Source of the DNA: a virus
Reading direction: 5' to 3' (one strand)
Length of the DNA: 64,000 nt
IMG/VR virus record: IMGVR_UViG_3300036761_001580
Location: 5,198 to 69,197 of that record
Shown piece after piece: positions 44,844 to 53,400 of this stretch (the first letter of the stretch is position 1; each line of letters begins with the position of its first letter). The position numbers and the translations under genes are program-made. The notes beneath the pieces are model-generated. The model was not told the origin of the DNA and did not search any database. It saw only the letters and a program-made list of their open reading frames with translations.

Positions 44844-45314
44844 ATGGGGGACAAGAAAAAACTCGGCTTGGCGGGGATACCGTCCATTTGCGGCTGGTGC
44901 GATATGGACCCGGAGAAACGAAAGGAAGAGAACCGGCGCAAGCCTCCTTGCGACCACTACGAGAGCCGCCCAAACTCGCATCCGTTCCTGTACGAAGCGT
45001 TCTGTAAACACTGTGAGCATCCTCCAAAGTGCCACCCCGGGTACACCGGATTCGGGTCTCTCGGTCCGAAGGTCAGCGAAGTGCTCAAACCGAAGAAGCC
45101 GAGCCTGAACCGCCGGCCGAACGCCCTCTCGAAGCAGAAAGCTCTCGCGCTGGAGTGGTCCCACGAACTCAGCGAGATCTACAAGAAGCTGAACACCGCC
45201 AAGGTGGCGCTGAGGAAGATCGCCTCGTGCAAGAGCGTTGTCGAGGGAGACGTCGTCGACATCGCGCAGAAGGCTCTGAAGCAGATCGAACCCTCTACCG
45301 GGGAGCCTGAGTGA
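44844..45314 (+). CDS. Hypothetical Cys/His-rich protein
   Basis: Start MGDKKKLG. Immediately upstream of rtcB. Confidence 0.35.
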   Translation: MGDKKKLGLAGIPSICGWCDMDPEKRKEENRRKPPCDHYESRPNSHPFLYEAFCKHCEHPPKCHPGYTGFGSLGPKVSEVLKPKKPSLNRRPNALSKQKALALEWSHELSEIYKKLNTAKVALRKIASCKSVVEGDVVDIAQKALKQIEPSTGEPE

Positions 45315-46633
45315 TGTTCACGATCCAAGGAAAGTATACAACAGCCACGGTGTTCGCGGATCAGGTGGAGGCCAGCTGCATCGCGCAGATCACAAGTATG
45401 GTCAACAACGCGGCCTTCACGGAGCCTGTGGTCATCATGCCGGACACGCATGCAGGCGCGGGATCGGTGATCGGTTTCACGATGCCTCTGGGCGGCGCGA
45501 TCATCCCAAACATCGTGGGTGTCGACATCGGCTGCGGCGTGCTGGCAGCGCGAGTTCCCTGGCGCACGGACATCAGCCTGGAGAAGCTCGACCGCGAGAT
45601 CCGAGCGCGAGTACCCTTCGCGCACGAGGTACGGTCTGACAACCACCACGAGCTGTCAGAGGGGGATCTGTTCTACGACGAGACGCACGCCATGCTGACC
45701 GTGACGCGCCGCAAGCTGAACGCGCGGTTCGCAGGAGACGGGTTCCAGGCGCTGGACTGGGGGGCATCCCATAGGGGATTCGAGGAGCTGTGCCAGCGGG
45801 TTGGCATGAAGTACGGGCGGGCGCAGCGGTCCATCGGATCCCTGGGCGGCGGCAACCACTTCATCGAGATCGGTCGCGGTGTGTTGCGCGATCATGCCTG
45901 GGTGCTGGTTCACAGTGGGTCGCGGCAGCTTGGTGAGAAGATCTGCAAGTACCACCAGCGGGTGGCGGCCGAGAAGCTCCTGAACTTCAAAACCGGTGAG
46001 TACCAATCCGAGATCGAGGTGATCCGGAGCACGGCACCGCGGAACGAGATCGATGCACGAGTCAAGGCGTACAAGACTGCGCAGCGAGCACTGGTGGCGA
46101 CACCAAGCGGACTGGAGCCGCTGCACGGCGAGGACCTGTTCTCCTACGTGGAGGACATGGTCTTTGCGCAATCGTATGCGGCGCAGAATCGCAGCGCGAT
46201 CATGACCGAGGTGCTGGAGGCAATCGGCATGGGCCCGGGTGTGAACGTGATGGGGATCGACACGGTGCACAACTACATTGATCCGGTGGACCTGGTCATC
46301 CGCAAGGGTGCGGTGGCGGCACGCGAAGGCATGTCACTGGTCATCCCGTTCAACATGCGGGACGGCAGCTGGTACTGCCGCGGGAAGGGCAACCCGGACT
46401 GGAACTGCTCGGCACCGCACGGGGCGGGCCGCCTTATGAGCCGATCCCAGGCCAAGCGCGAACTGGACCCAGCCGCGGCGCGAGCGAGCATGAAGGGGAT
46501 CTACACGAGCTGCATCCCTCTGGACGAGGCTCCTGCGGCGTACAAGGACGCAACGGCGATCCGAACAGCTATCGGGCCGACGGTCGAGGTGATCGAGGAG
46601 ATCCACCCGATCCTCAACCTGAAGGCGGAGTAA
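45311..46633 (+). CDS. rtcB: RNA 3'-phosphate/5'-OH ligase RtcB
   Basis: MPDTHAGAG, GGGNHFIEIG, HNYID and CSAPHGAGR motifs match RtcB active-site signatures over a 440-aa protein. Confidence 0.8.
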   Translation: MMFTIQGKYTTATVFADQVEASCIAQITSMVNNAAFTEPVVIMPDTHAGAGSVIGFTMPLGGAIIPNIVGVDIGCGVLAARVPWRTDISLEKLDREIRARVPFAHEVRSDNHHELSEGDLFYDETHAMLTVTRRKLNARFAGDGFQALDWGASHRGFEELCQRVGMKYGRAQRSIGSLGGGNHFIEIGRGVLRDHAWVLVHSGSRQLGEKICKYHQRVAAEKLLNFKTGEYQSEIEVIRSTAPRNEIDARVKAYKTAQRALVATPSGLEPLHGEDLFSYVEDMVFAQSYAAQNRSAIMTEVLEAIGMGPGVNVMGIDTVHNYIDPVDLVIRKGAVAAREGMSLVIPFNMRDGSWYCRGKGNPDWNCSAPHGAGRLMSRSQAKRELDPAAARASMKGIYTSCIPLDEAPAAYKDATAIRTAIGPTVEVIEEIHPILNLKAE

Positions 46634-46636
46634 AAG

Positions 46637-46882
46637 ATGGCCCTGCTCAACCCGGGAGAACCCATGTCCGGCAACGCCGAGCTGGATCGGCTGCGCAAGG
46701 AGAACACCGAGCTGCGATACCGACTGGAAAGCATCCGGTACAAAGTCCACCACATGCGGCGCTGGACTTTGAACTGGGAGCAGGTGGACCAGGCCCGCGA
46801 CGGCGAGTACCTGGAGTACGCCCAGGTCGTGAACATGGTCAACCACTGGGCTGACCTCTCGAAGGAAGTGAAGGTTCCATGA
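46637..46882 (+). CDS. Hypothetical protein
   Basis: 81-aa ORF. Confidence 0.35.
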   Translation: MALLNPGEPMSGNAELDRLRKENTELRYRLESIRYKVHHMRRWTLNWEQVDQARDGEYLEYAQVVNMVNHWADLSKEVKVP

Positions 46883-47226
46883 GCAACAAGATCTACCACT
46901 GCAAGTACGGGCTGACTCTGGAGAACGGCGAGTTCCGCAAGGAAGACGTGACCACTGAGACGCAAGGGCTAACGGATGCGTTCGTGATGGTCTCCATCCT
47001 GCGCTACGGTGAGAGCGCGCATGACGGTGCAGTGGATACCGCCATCCTCTCCTACGACGGCCAGAACAACGGAGAGCCGATTCCGGACACGGAGATGTTC
47101 AGGACCTGGTCTCTGATGGCAAACACCTTGATCAACTCTGAAGGGTGTCCTCCTTGGCAGAAGGAGATCGCGAAGCAGGCGTTCGAGGCGGTGCGTGAGA
47201 AAATCACCGGCATGAAGACGCACTAG
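46879..47226 (+). CDS. Hypothetical protein
   Basis: 115-aa ORF. Confidence 0.35.
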   Translation: MSNKIYHCKYGLTLENGEFRKEDVTTETQGLTDAFVMVSILRYGESAHDGAVDTAILSYDGQNNGEPIPDTEMFRTWSLMANTLINSEGCPPWQKEIAKQAFEAVREKITGMKTH

Positions 47227-47234
47227 GAGGGCTG

Positions 47235-47633
47235 ATGTTCTACTCGAACGAGAACGCAGTCGGGAAGAAGGTGGTCCTGGAGCACGAGCACTGGACTGAG
47301 AAGGGTGTGTACACCTGCGGGCACATCATGCGCATCAAGAGGATCGAGGGGCTCTTCTTCGTCCTGGAAGACGACAACGGCGAGCTGGCGCTGCCGGTCA
47401 ACGGGTTCCACCTCCTAGAGGAAGAAGAGCCAGATGATGAAGTGTTCCAAGGAGACAGAGGGTGCCACGGCACACAACGATGCCCTGGCTTCCAAGAAGA
47501 CTTTCTAGCTGTGGCTCGCGGAATCCGGCGTGGACGATGTGCTCACGCAGGACCTCTCTTCGGAGGATGTCGAAGAAGCGACTACCAGAAAGACATGGAG
47601 GCTTGGAGAGAATGCCTGAAGAGCAGTACCTGA
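47235..47633 (+). CDS. Hypothetical protein (3' boundary uncertain)
   Basis: First ~65 aa look real. The C-terminal half of the ORF-track call is Arg/Gly junk. Confidence 0.25.
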   Translation: MFYSNENAVGKKVVLEHEHWTEKGVYTCGHIMRIKRIEGLFFVLEDDNGELALPVNGFHLLEEEEPDDEVFQGDRGCHGTQRCPGFQEDFLAVARGIRRGRCAHAGPLFGGCRRSDYQKDMEAWRECLKSST

Positions 47634-47881
47634 TCCTGCACACGTTCACCGTCAACGGGGACTGCGCGGTTTGGTGGGGTCCCGATCACAGGGGCTATAC
47701 CACAGACATCGACAAGGCCGGCCGCTACACGAAGGAAGAGGCCGACGCGATCTACAGCAACCGGCCGAGGCTGGACAAGCCGATCCTCTGGAGCAAGGTC
47801 GAGCCTTTGATCGTGCGGCACGTCCACATCGACAAGGTGCGCGAGTTCGCCCCTCCTGATCTGCGGGGGGTGAGCGAGTAA
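47612..47881 (+). CDS. Hypothetical protein
   Basis: Start taken at MPEEQYLILHTF. Confidence 0.3.
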   Translation: MPEEQYLILHTFTVNGDCAVWWGPDHRGYTTDIDKAGRYTKEEADAIYSNRPRLDKPILWSKVEPLIVRHVHIDKVREFAPPDLRGVSE

Positions 47882-48411
47882 TGGCCTGGAGGAACTGCGA
47901 GCAGTACAGCCTGGAGAAGTGCGGTCCGGGGAAGCCCTGCCAGTTCAATGGACCTGTCAACTACACCTGCTCCGGCAGAACCCTGCCGGAGCCCGAGAGG
48001 AGGGACATCATGCCCAAGAAGAAGAAGACCAAGAAGAAGCCCGTCGAGAAGAAGGCGCGGAAGACGCCCGTCGATCAGCTGGACAACGTCCGGGCGGTAT
48101 CGTCGGCACAGGAACTGCCGGAGGAGCCCGCCATCAGCCTCGTGGGGAGGGTTGAGGAGCTGCTGACGGACATCAACCAGCTCCATGAGCAGGTAAACGA
48201 ACAAGAACAGCGGGTCGCCACCCTGAAGGACCGGCTGCGGGGCATCAAGTTCGACAACGGCAAGCTCTCCGTCGAGTTCGGCTGGAACGAGGGCCCCGAG
48301 ACCCCCGGAGTTCGTGTCGGGATCTTCTCGGGGCGTGAGTTCGCCTACATCGAGGCCTCCCTGGAAGAGCTGGGAGAGATGGTCGAGTGGTGCAAGGGAC
48401 AGCTGGGCTGA
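47881..48411 (+). CDS. Hypothetical protein with basic KKKKTKKKP linker
   Basis: 176-aa ORF. Confidence 0.4.
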   Translation: MAWRNCEQYSLEKCGPGKPCQFNGPVNYTCSGRTLPEPERRDIMPKKKKTKKKPVEKKARKTPVDQLDNVRAVSSAQELPEEPAISLVGRVEELLTDINQLHEQVNEQEQRVATLKDRLRGIKFDNGKLSVEFGWNEGPETPGVRVGIFSGREFAYIEASLEELGEMVEWCKGQLG

Positions 48412-48418
48412 GAGCCTC

Positions 48419-48447
48419 TTGACTTTCCCATCGACAGTGTCTATATA
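48419..48447 (+). promoter_or_regulatory. Sigma70-like promoter TTGACT-N17-TATATA
   Basis: cctcTTGACTttcccatcgacagtgtcTATATAggt. Confidence 0.55.
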
Positions 48448-48453
48448 GGTAAG

Positions 48454-48645
48454 ATGAAGACGCGCCTACAGTTCGACTTCAATGACGAGCAGCTGGAGCT
48501 TCTGGAAGACCTGATGTCCAGGCTGACGGCCTCCTCGCGCGCCGAGGTGGTCCGCAGGGCGTTGCACCTGATGGACCTTGTCCAGAGCGGACAGCTGAAG
48601 GTGATCGACAAGGACGGGATCTCCCGAGAGGTCCTGCTCATCTGA
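48454..48645 (+). CDS. Ribbon-helix-helix (CopG/Arc-like) DNA-binding protein
   Basis: SRAEVVRRALHLM beta-strand/helix signature. 63 aa. Confidence 0.45.
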   Translation: MKTRLQFDFNDEQLELLEDLMSRLTASSRAEVVRRALHLMDLVQSGQLKVIDKDGISREVLLI

Positions 48646-48655
48646 AAGGAACCCC

Positions 48656-48913
48656 ATGAAGGGTATGGAGAAGAAGGTTCTGGCCGCCTACCGGAAGGTG
48701 TACGAAGCCGAGAAGGCTCTTCACGAGATCGTCGAGAAGGCCTTCCCCGTTGGTACGGAGGTGACCTGGGTAACGACTCGGAACGCCCTGAGCTTCACCC
48801 AGACAGGTGTGGTGATCCGTCTCGGCTACGACGACGAAGTCATCATTCGCAACATGAGCACGGGTAGGACCTCCCGGCACTCGGCCAGGTACCTGTCCTA
48901 CGCGCCGCTGTGA
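48656..48913 (+). CDS. Hypothetical protein
   Basis: 85-aa ORF. Confidence 0.35.
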   Translation: MKGMEKKVLAAYRKVYEAEKALHEIVEKAFPVGTEVTWVTTRNALSFTQTGVVIRLGYDDEVIIRNMSTGRTSRHSARYLSYAPL

Positions 48914-48923
48914 GGAGAAGATC

Positions 48924-49187
48924 ATGAACACCACCTGTTACCTGGTCGGATACATCGACCCGAAGACCCGCACGGTCACGCACGTCCAGACGGCGAGCGA
49001 GTCCGCCCAGTCGATCACGGCGCTCTTCAGCGAGTTTCCGTTCGACATCGACAACGTCTCCGCGGAGGACTACGGAGCGGCGAGGAAGAAGATGGTGGCG
49101 CTGCTCCACGAGAAGAGCACCTGGCCCAGGTGGGGCTGGATGTGGGACCTCCTCGAAGAGGACTGCAAGGAAGCGCTGGAGGACTGA
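48924..49187 (+). CDS. Hypothetical protein
   Basis: 87-aa ORF. Confidence 0.35.
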   Translation: MNTTCYLVGYIDPKTRTVTHVQTASESAQSITALFSEFPFDIDNVSAEDYGAARKKMVALLHEKSTWPRWGWMWDLLEEDCKEALED

Positions 49188-49190
49188 ACG

Positions 49191-49508
49191 ATGGATCCAA
49201 AAATAGGCTACGTCATCCGGATCGACGAGGACCCCAAGTACGCTGCGCAGTGCCGAGCGGAGAACCCCTGCCACATCACGAGGAGCGTCGTTCACATCCT
49301 TCCTGGAGAAGGATACCGCGCCCTGTACAAAGACTCCTGGGGAGGGGGTCTGCGCATGGGGTACGAGACCCTGAAAGACGCTCAAGAGGCTCTCGACCGC
49401 CACATAGCGCATGAAGGTCATTTGTGGCAAAACAGCACCTACACCTTCGTCAAGATCACGGTCACCGAGGAAGACCTCCCAGCATCGCAGAAAGCTCTGG
49501 AGGACTGA
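49191..49508 (+). CDS. Hypothetical protein
   Basis: 105-aa ORF. Confidence 0.35.
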   Translation: MDPKIGYVIRIDEDPKYAAQCRAENPCHITRSVVHILPGEGYRALYKDSWGGGLRMGYETLKDAQEALDRHIAHEGHLWQNSTYTFVKITVTEEDLPASQKALED

Positions 49509-49509
49509 G

Positions 49510-49773
49510 ATGTCTCAAGACCCATTGAACAACTCGGGCAGGGCCTTCAAGTCGGCCGACGACTGGATCCTGTGGTACGAGAAGCAAGCGTCCAAGGGAG
49601 AAGAAGAACTAGGGTTTGAAGAAGTTTATGAGGCCGGCTACTACCGTGGAGCCGTGGAGACCCAGGACCTCATCATCGCCAAGGTCGAGGAACTCTGCCA
49701 GAAGTACCCGAGTGTCCGCTTTGTGCAGGCGATCAAGGACCTCCGGGAGATGCTGAAAAGGACCAGCAAGTGA
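49510..49773 (+). CDS. Hypothetical protein
   Basis: Start MSQDPLNN. Confidence 0.35.
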   Translation: MSQDPLNNSGRAFKSADDWILWYEKQASKGEEELGFEEVYEAGYYRGAVETQDLIIAKVEELCQKYPSVRFVQAIKDLREMLKRTSK

Positions 49774-49911
49774 AAACCTGGTTCGTGAATGAGCAAGGGG
49801 CCTGCTACAGTATTCAAAGTGCCAGCGAGGCGGCAAGAGACCTCGACATCGACCAGCACATCGTCCCGGTGTCTCAGAAATCTCTAGACGTTCTGGAACC
49901 CTTCTGGCCTC

Positions 49912-49939
49912 TTGACTTTCCCCCAGGCATGACTATATA
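49912..49939 (+). promoter_or_regulatory. Sigma70-like promoter TTGACT-N16-TATATA
   Basis: cctcTTGACTttcccccaggcatgacTATATAgtg. Confidence 0.55.
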
Positions 49940-49969
49940 GTGCAGGATGACAACTCGAAAGGGGCTGTG

Positions 49970-50422
49970 ATGAAAGAGCAGGAGACCTGGACCTGGGAAG
50001 AGATTGCAACAACTTGGGAACACATTAGAGAGGACATGTGCCGGTGGGACCAGCAAAGGTCCATGACAAAGGTTTACCTGGAGAAGATCCCTCCGAAGTG
50101 GCGGCCGGGGATCGCTCTGGCGCTGGCACTGGAGAAGTGGAAGCCCGGAGCGAAGGGCCGTGGGTGCGGAACCTGCGCGCTCTGCGTCCTCTACAGGGTG
50201 ATGAACCACCCCGAAGACGTGGGGGAAGAGAAGCACTGTAGGGAGTGCCCTCTCGCCGCGAAAGATAGGTTCTGTACCCGCGCGGGCTCCCTCTTCAGGG
50301 AGTACCACCACGAGGCTGCCGAGATAGCTCTCGGAGGTCTCGACGGGAAGAAGGCCGTGAAGATTGCGGACAAGCTCTACAACCTCCTAGTGGAGTGCTA
50401 CCGCGAGGAGTACGAACGATGA
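49970..50422 (+). CDS. Hypothetical Cys-rich protein
   Basis: Start MKEQETW after AAAGGGG. CGTCALC...HCRECP. Confidence 0.4.
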   Translation: MKEQETWTWEEIATTWEHIREDMCRWDQQRSMTKVYLEKIPPKWRPGIALALALEKWKPGAKGRGCGTCALCVLYRVMNHPEDVGEEKHCRECPLAAKDRFCTRAGSLFREYHHEAAEIALGGLDGKKAVKIADKLYNLLVECYREEYER

Positions 50423-50967
50423 GCACGCCGGTCGCCTGCGAGGTAGCTCTGCGGTGCACGAGCCCGGAAGGGCCCGCCAGGGTGTGTGCGTTCTACTCAA
50501 CGTACACCCCGCCCACCCCAGGGTACCCGGGGTGGTGCAAGTACGCGAGCACTCCTGCGGGGTTCTGTGGGCACCCTCAGGCGCGGCTTCTAGCCATCCG
50601 CGAGGCTGTGCGCGAGGTGATGGGGTTCCTGCCGGATCTTTCACCACCGTTCGATGCGGAGGCCTACTGGACGAAGGAGCAGTCTAGGGTGCTGGCGGAG
50701 CAGGTGGACCGGGAAGACCAGATCAAGCTCCGAGAAGTGATCGAGGAGCGCGTCAAGAACGACGAGTGCCCCGACTGCGGGCTGAAGCTCACCTTCACCG
50801 ACGAGGGGGACTTCACCGGCTTCGACGGGGACGCGCAAGGTCTGAAGAGAGTGGGTGTGACCTGCCAGAGGTGCAAAACTTTCACTACGTGCATTTACAC
50901 CAAGGACGACAAGAGGTGCCCGTGGGGTGAGCTGACCTCGACGGTGAAGAAAGGACGTGCGGAGTGA
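50419..50967 (+). CDS. Hypothetical Cys-rich protein
   Basis: Start MSTPVACE. CPDCG...CQRCK. Confidence 0.4.
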   Translation: MSTPVACEVALRCTSPEGPARVCAFYSTYTPPTPGYPGWCKYASTPAGFCGHPQARLLAIREAVREVMGFLPDLSPPFDAEAYWTKEQSRVLAEQVDREDQIKLREVIEERVKNDECPDCGLKLTFTDEGDFTGFDGDAQGLKRVGVTCQRCKTFTTCIYTKDDKRCPWGELTSTVKKGRAE

Positions 50968-51956
50968 GCGAAGCCCTCGAAAAGTACAAGGAGCTGCGGG
51001 ACTACCTCGCAGATGGGCTCGACACCTGCAAGGTGACCGCCGCCCAGGAAGACGTGATCCTGAACACTCTGGACATTCTGTGGGACCAGCTGACGGACGA
51101 GGATCGCAAGCTCTTGGACACGGAGGAGCCGCGAGTCTGCCTCCCTGATGCCTCTCCCTACCTACCCCTGCCTCCGCACGCCGCCAAGGTGCTGGACGCA
51201 GCGCAAAAGCAGATTGCCGCCCTCGAAGCGGCGCTCGCCGAGCTGACAGACTCGGCACGGTGCAACGATGCGTTCCTCGATGGGCTGCGCGCCGAGATCG
51301 CCCGCCTCACCGCCTCGCTCGCGGCCGAGAGGGAGCGGCTTGTTGTCATGACGGCGCAAGCGGACCACTTCGCCCGACGTTCAGAGGAAATGCGAACCAG
51401 TGCGTGCACTTTGGAGGTGCAACGTGACGCCGCCGTTGCGAGAGCGGAGAAGGCGGAGAGGCGTTTCACCGCGCCTGTTGTTTGTATCTGTGGTTCGACG
51501 AAGTTCAAGCAGGCGTGGATCGCCGAGAACGCACGACTAACAGGAGAGGGCAACATCGTGCTCGCGGTCGGGTTGTGGGGACATCATGAACGGATATTCC
51601 CCGACACCGAGACAAAGACACGACTCGACGACTTGCATAAACGGAAGATCGACCTGTGCAATTGGGTTTGGGTGCTCGACATCGGCGGCTACGTCGGCGA
51701 GAGCACGCGATCTGAAATCGCCTACGCAGAAAAGCTCGGGCGTCCGGTGCGGCGGCTATCGCTGGAGTTCCCCGATTACGTCGAGCCATCCGATCCACTC
51801 GCCGCCGCTCGCGACGATGCGGTGAGGGGGTTCGCGGAGTGGTTGGACGAAACAGGACATGACATCGCGCCGAGTGGTGTTGTCGGTGTGACACTGTTTG
51901 AAAACGCGGACTCGGCGCTCGCCCGCTTCCTCGCTCGAAAGGAGCCGACCGAATGA
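50964..51956 (+). CDS. Coiled-coil protein with C-terminal nucleoside 2-deoxyribosyltransferase-like (NDT/DUF4406-type) domain
   Basis: C-terminus VLDIGGYVGESTRSEIAYAEKLGRPV resembles the NDT-family ...D.G...GT..EIGYA..LGKPV catalytic region. The assignment is tentative. Confidence 0.4.
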   Translation: MSEALEKYKELRDYLADGLDTCKVTAAQEDVILNTLDILWDQLTDEDRKLLDTEEPRVCLPDASPYLPLPPHAAKVLDAAQKQIAALEAALAELTDSARCNDAFLDGLRAEIARLTASLAAERERLVVMTAQADHFARRSEEMRTSACTLEVQRDAAVARAEKAERRFTAPVVCICGSTKFKQAWIAENARLTGEGNIVLAVGLWGHHERIFPDTETKTRLDDLHKRKIDLCNWVWVLDIGGYVGESTRSEIAYAEKLGRPVRRLSLEFPDYVEPSDPLAAARDDAVRGFAEWLDETGHDIAPSGVVGVTLFENADSALARFLARKEPTE

Positions 51957-52122
51957 AAGAGAAAAACCCGACGGTGATCCGTGTCACGCAATCGCCGATG
52001 GACGCAAAACGGTGGTGCCTTGAACTGTCATGCGGACACGAACTATGGGTTACAGCGGCCCAAAGGCCGAACGGGAAAACGAAACGGTGCCCAACGTGCC
52101 TCGCTCGAAAGGAGCCGACCGA
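51929..52122 (+). repeat. 24-bp direct repeat CCTCGCTCGAAAGGAGCCGACCGA (x2) bracketing a 146-bp mini-gene
   Basis: Copies at 51929-51952 and 52099-52122. Both encode ...LARKEPT(E/D) and supply the RBS (AAGGAG) for the next gene. Confidence 0.8.
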
Positions 52123-52129
52123 TGGGTGA
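51953..52129 (+). CDS. Mini zinc-ribbon ORF (58 aa) flanked by the direct repeats
   Basis: MKEKNPTVIRVTQSPMDAKRWCLELSCGHELWVTAAQRPNGKTKRCPTCLARKEPTDG. Below the ORF-track cut-off. Confidence 0.3.
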   Translation: MKEKNPTVIRVTQSPMDAKRWCLELSCGHELWVTAAQRPNGKTKRCPTCLARKEPTDG

Positions 52130-52337
52130 TGTGAAATGCAAGTGCCACGCGATAGAAGATGAAATTCGCGAGTGCCATCCCGCCGACGATTGGAACTGCG
52201 ATAAGTCGTGTCAGGAATGGCACAACCGAGTCGGGGAACTGGAAGACAAGGGGATCGAATTCGACGACGGCGCGGATGAAAACTACGGCTGTACTTGCCC
52301 GACGTGCGGGAGAATGATTTGTGGGTGGTGCGTATGA
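52122..52337 (+). CDS. Small Cys-rich protein
   Basis: MGDVKCKCHAIEDEIRECHPADDWNCDKSCQEWH...CTCPTCGRMICGWCV. Confidence 0.35.
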   Translation: MGDVKCKCHAIEDEIRECHPADDWNCDKSCQEWHNRVGELEDKGIEFDDGADENYGCTCPTCGRMICGWCV

Positions 52338-52684
52338 CTAGCACCCTACGCGCTCAAGCCGCTGTGGCGGCGGTACGAGAATGTCCGTTGTTCCTTGCTT
52401 CTTGCGACCGTAGTTGTAGCGAGGAACAGATCGCGATCTGCGAGCGGAATGATGCTGCGTTTTATGCTCTCGGCCACGCTGCGGGCGTGTCGGAGGGCGC
52501 GAGGAGGTTCGCGGAATACATCGACGCGAATTACACGGGCGTCGAGTGCTTCCAAACCGATGCCGAGAGTTGCGACGGTGTAGTCGCGGTTACGGACTCG
52601 ATTTCAGTTCTGGGGCACTACCTCTCCTCCCTCGCGCCCGGCACGGTGCTTGCTACGGGAGAGGGACAGAAAGAGGAGGGATGA
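52334..52684 (+). CDS. Hypothetical protein
   Basis: Start MTSTLRAQ (ATGA coupling). Confidence 0.35.
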   Translation: MTSTLRAQAAVAAVRECPLFLASCDRSCSEEQIAICERNDAAFYALGHAAGVSEGARRFAEYIDANYTGVECFQTDAESCDGVVAVTDSISVLGHYLSSLAPGTVLATGEGQKEEG

Positions 52685-52685
52685 G

Positions 52686-53198
52686 ATGAGCACACAGAAG
52701 CCGCACCCGGTGGACGTAGCGATGAGCGAGATGGCGTTGAGCGCACGCACGCCGCACCCGGAGGAATTCGAGTCTAGTTACCAGATGCGCGAGGCGCAGC
52801 CGGGCGAATGCGTCAACAGTACGGACATTACCATCCGCGCCCCCGGCCACGGGCAGGGGACGGAGGAGGAGCGGGTGAAGCGGATCGTCGAGATACTGAA
52901 AGCCGAGTGCAAACCGCGATGGATAAGCGGTGTACTGTGGGCTGATCTGGCGCGCCGAATCCTCGCCGCCGCCGCCTCCGTGCCGGTACCGGCCGTGGAG
53001 TGGACGACGGAGCGCATGAAGAATCTCGGAGTCTGCCACAACGGGCAAGCCGACGCGATAGTTGATGGTGCATCTGGAACGTGTGCGCTCTGGCCGAGTC
53101 AGGAGATGGACGGACTGCCGTGTATGTCGTGCTCATACTTCGAGGACGCGCGGCTCCGCATCGAGCCGCCGGTGACGAAGGGGGAGGTGTCGAAGTGA
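52686..53198 (+). CDS. Hypothetical protein
   Basis: Start MSTQKPHP. Confidence 0.35.
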   Translation: MSTQKPHPVDVAMSEMALSARTPHPEEFESSYQMREAQPGECVNSTDITIRAPGHGQGTEEERVKRIVEILKAECKPRWISGVLWADLARRILAAAASVPVPAVEWTTERMKNLGVCHNGQADAIVDGASGTCALWPSQEMDGLPCMSCSYFEDARLRIEPPVTKGEVSK

Positions 53199-53400
53199 AT
53201 CAGGCATTCGATGCAGCGGAGAGAAAGGGGCGCAATGCCTTTCTCGAAGGACGTCCACGAACAGCCTGCCCATACGAGGACAAACGGACGCCACGTCACA
53301 ACCACACTACATTCTCGCGAGCGTTTCGAACCGCATGGTTCAAGGGATGGGACGCAGCCGCCCTCACACCTCCCGCCGATGACGAAGGAGGCCCGCGATG
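53195..53400 (+). CDS. Ribosome modulation factor (RMF)-like small protein (tentative)
   Basis: GTG start overlapping the upstream stop. ERKGRNAFLEGRPRTACPY...AWFKGW resembles the RMF G..AG....CPY...W.GGW signature, with a longer spacer. Confidence 0.3.
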
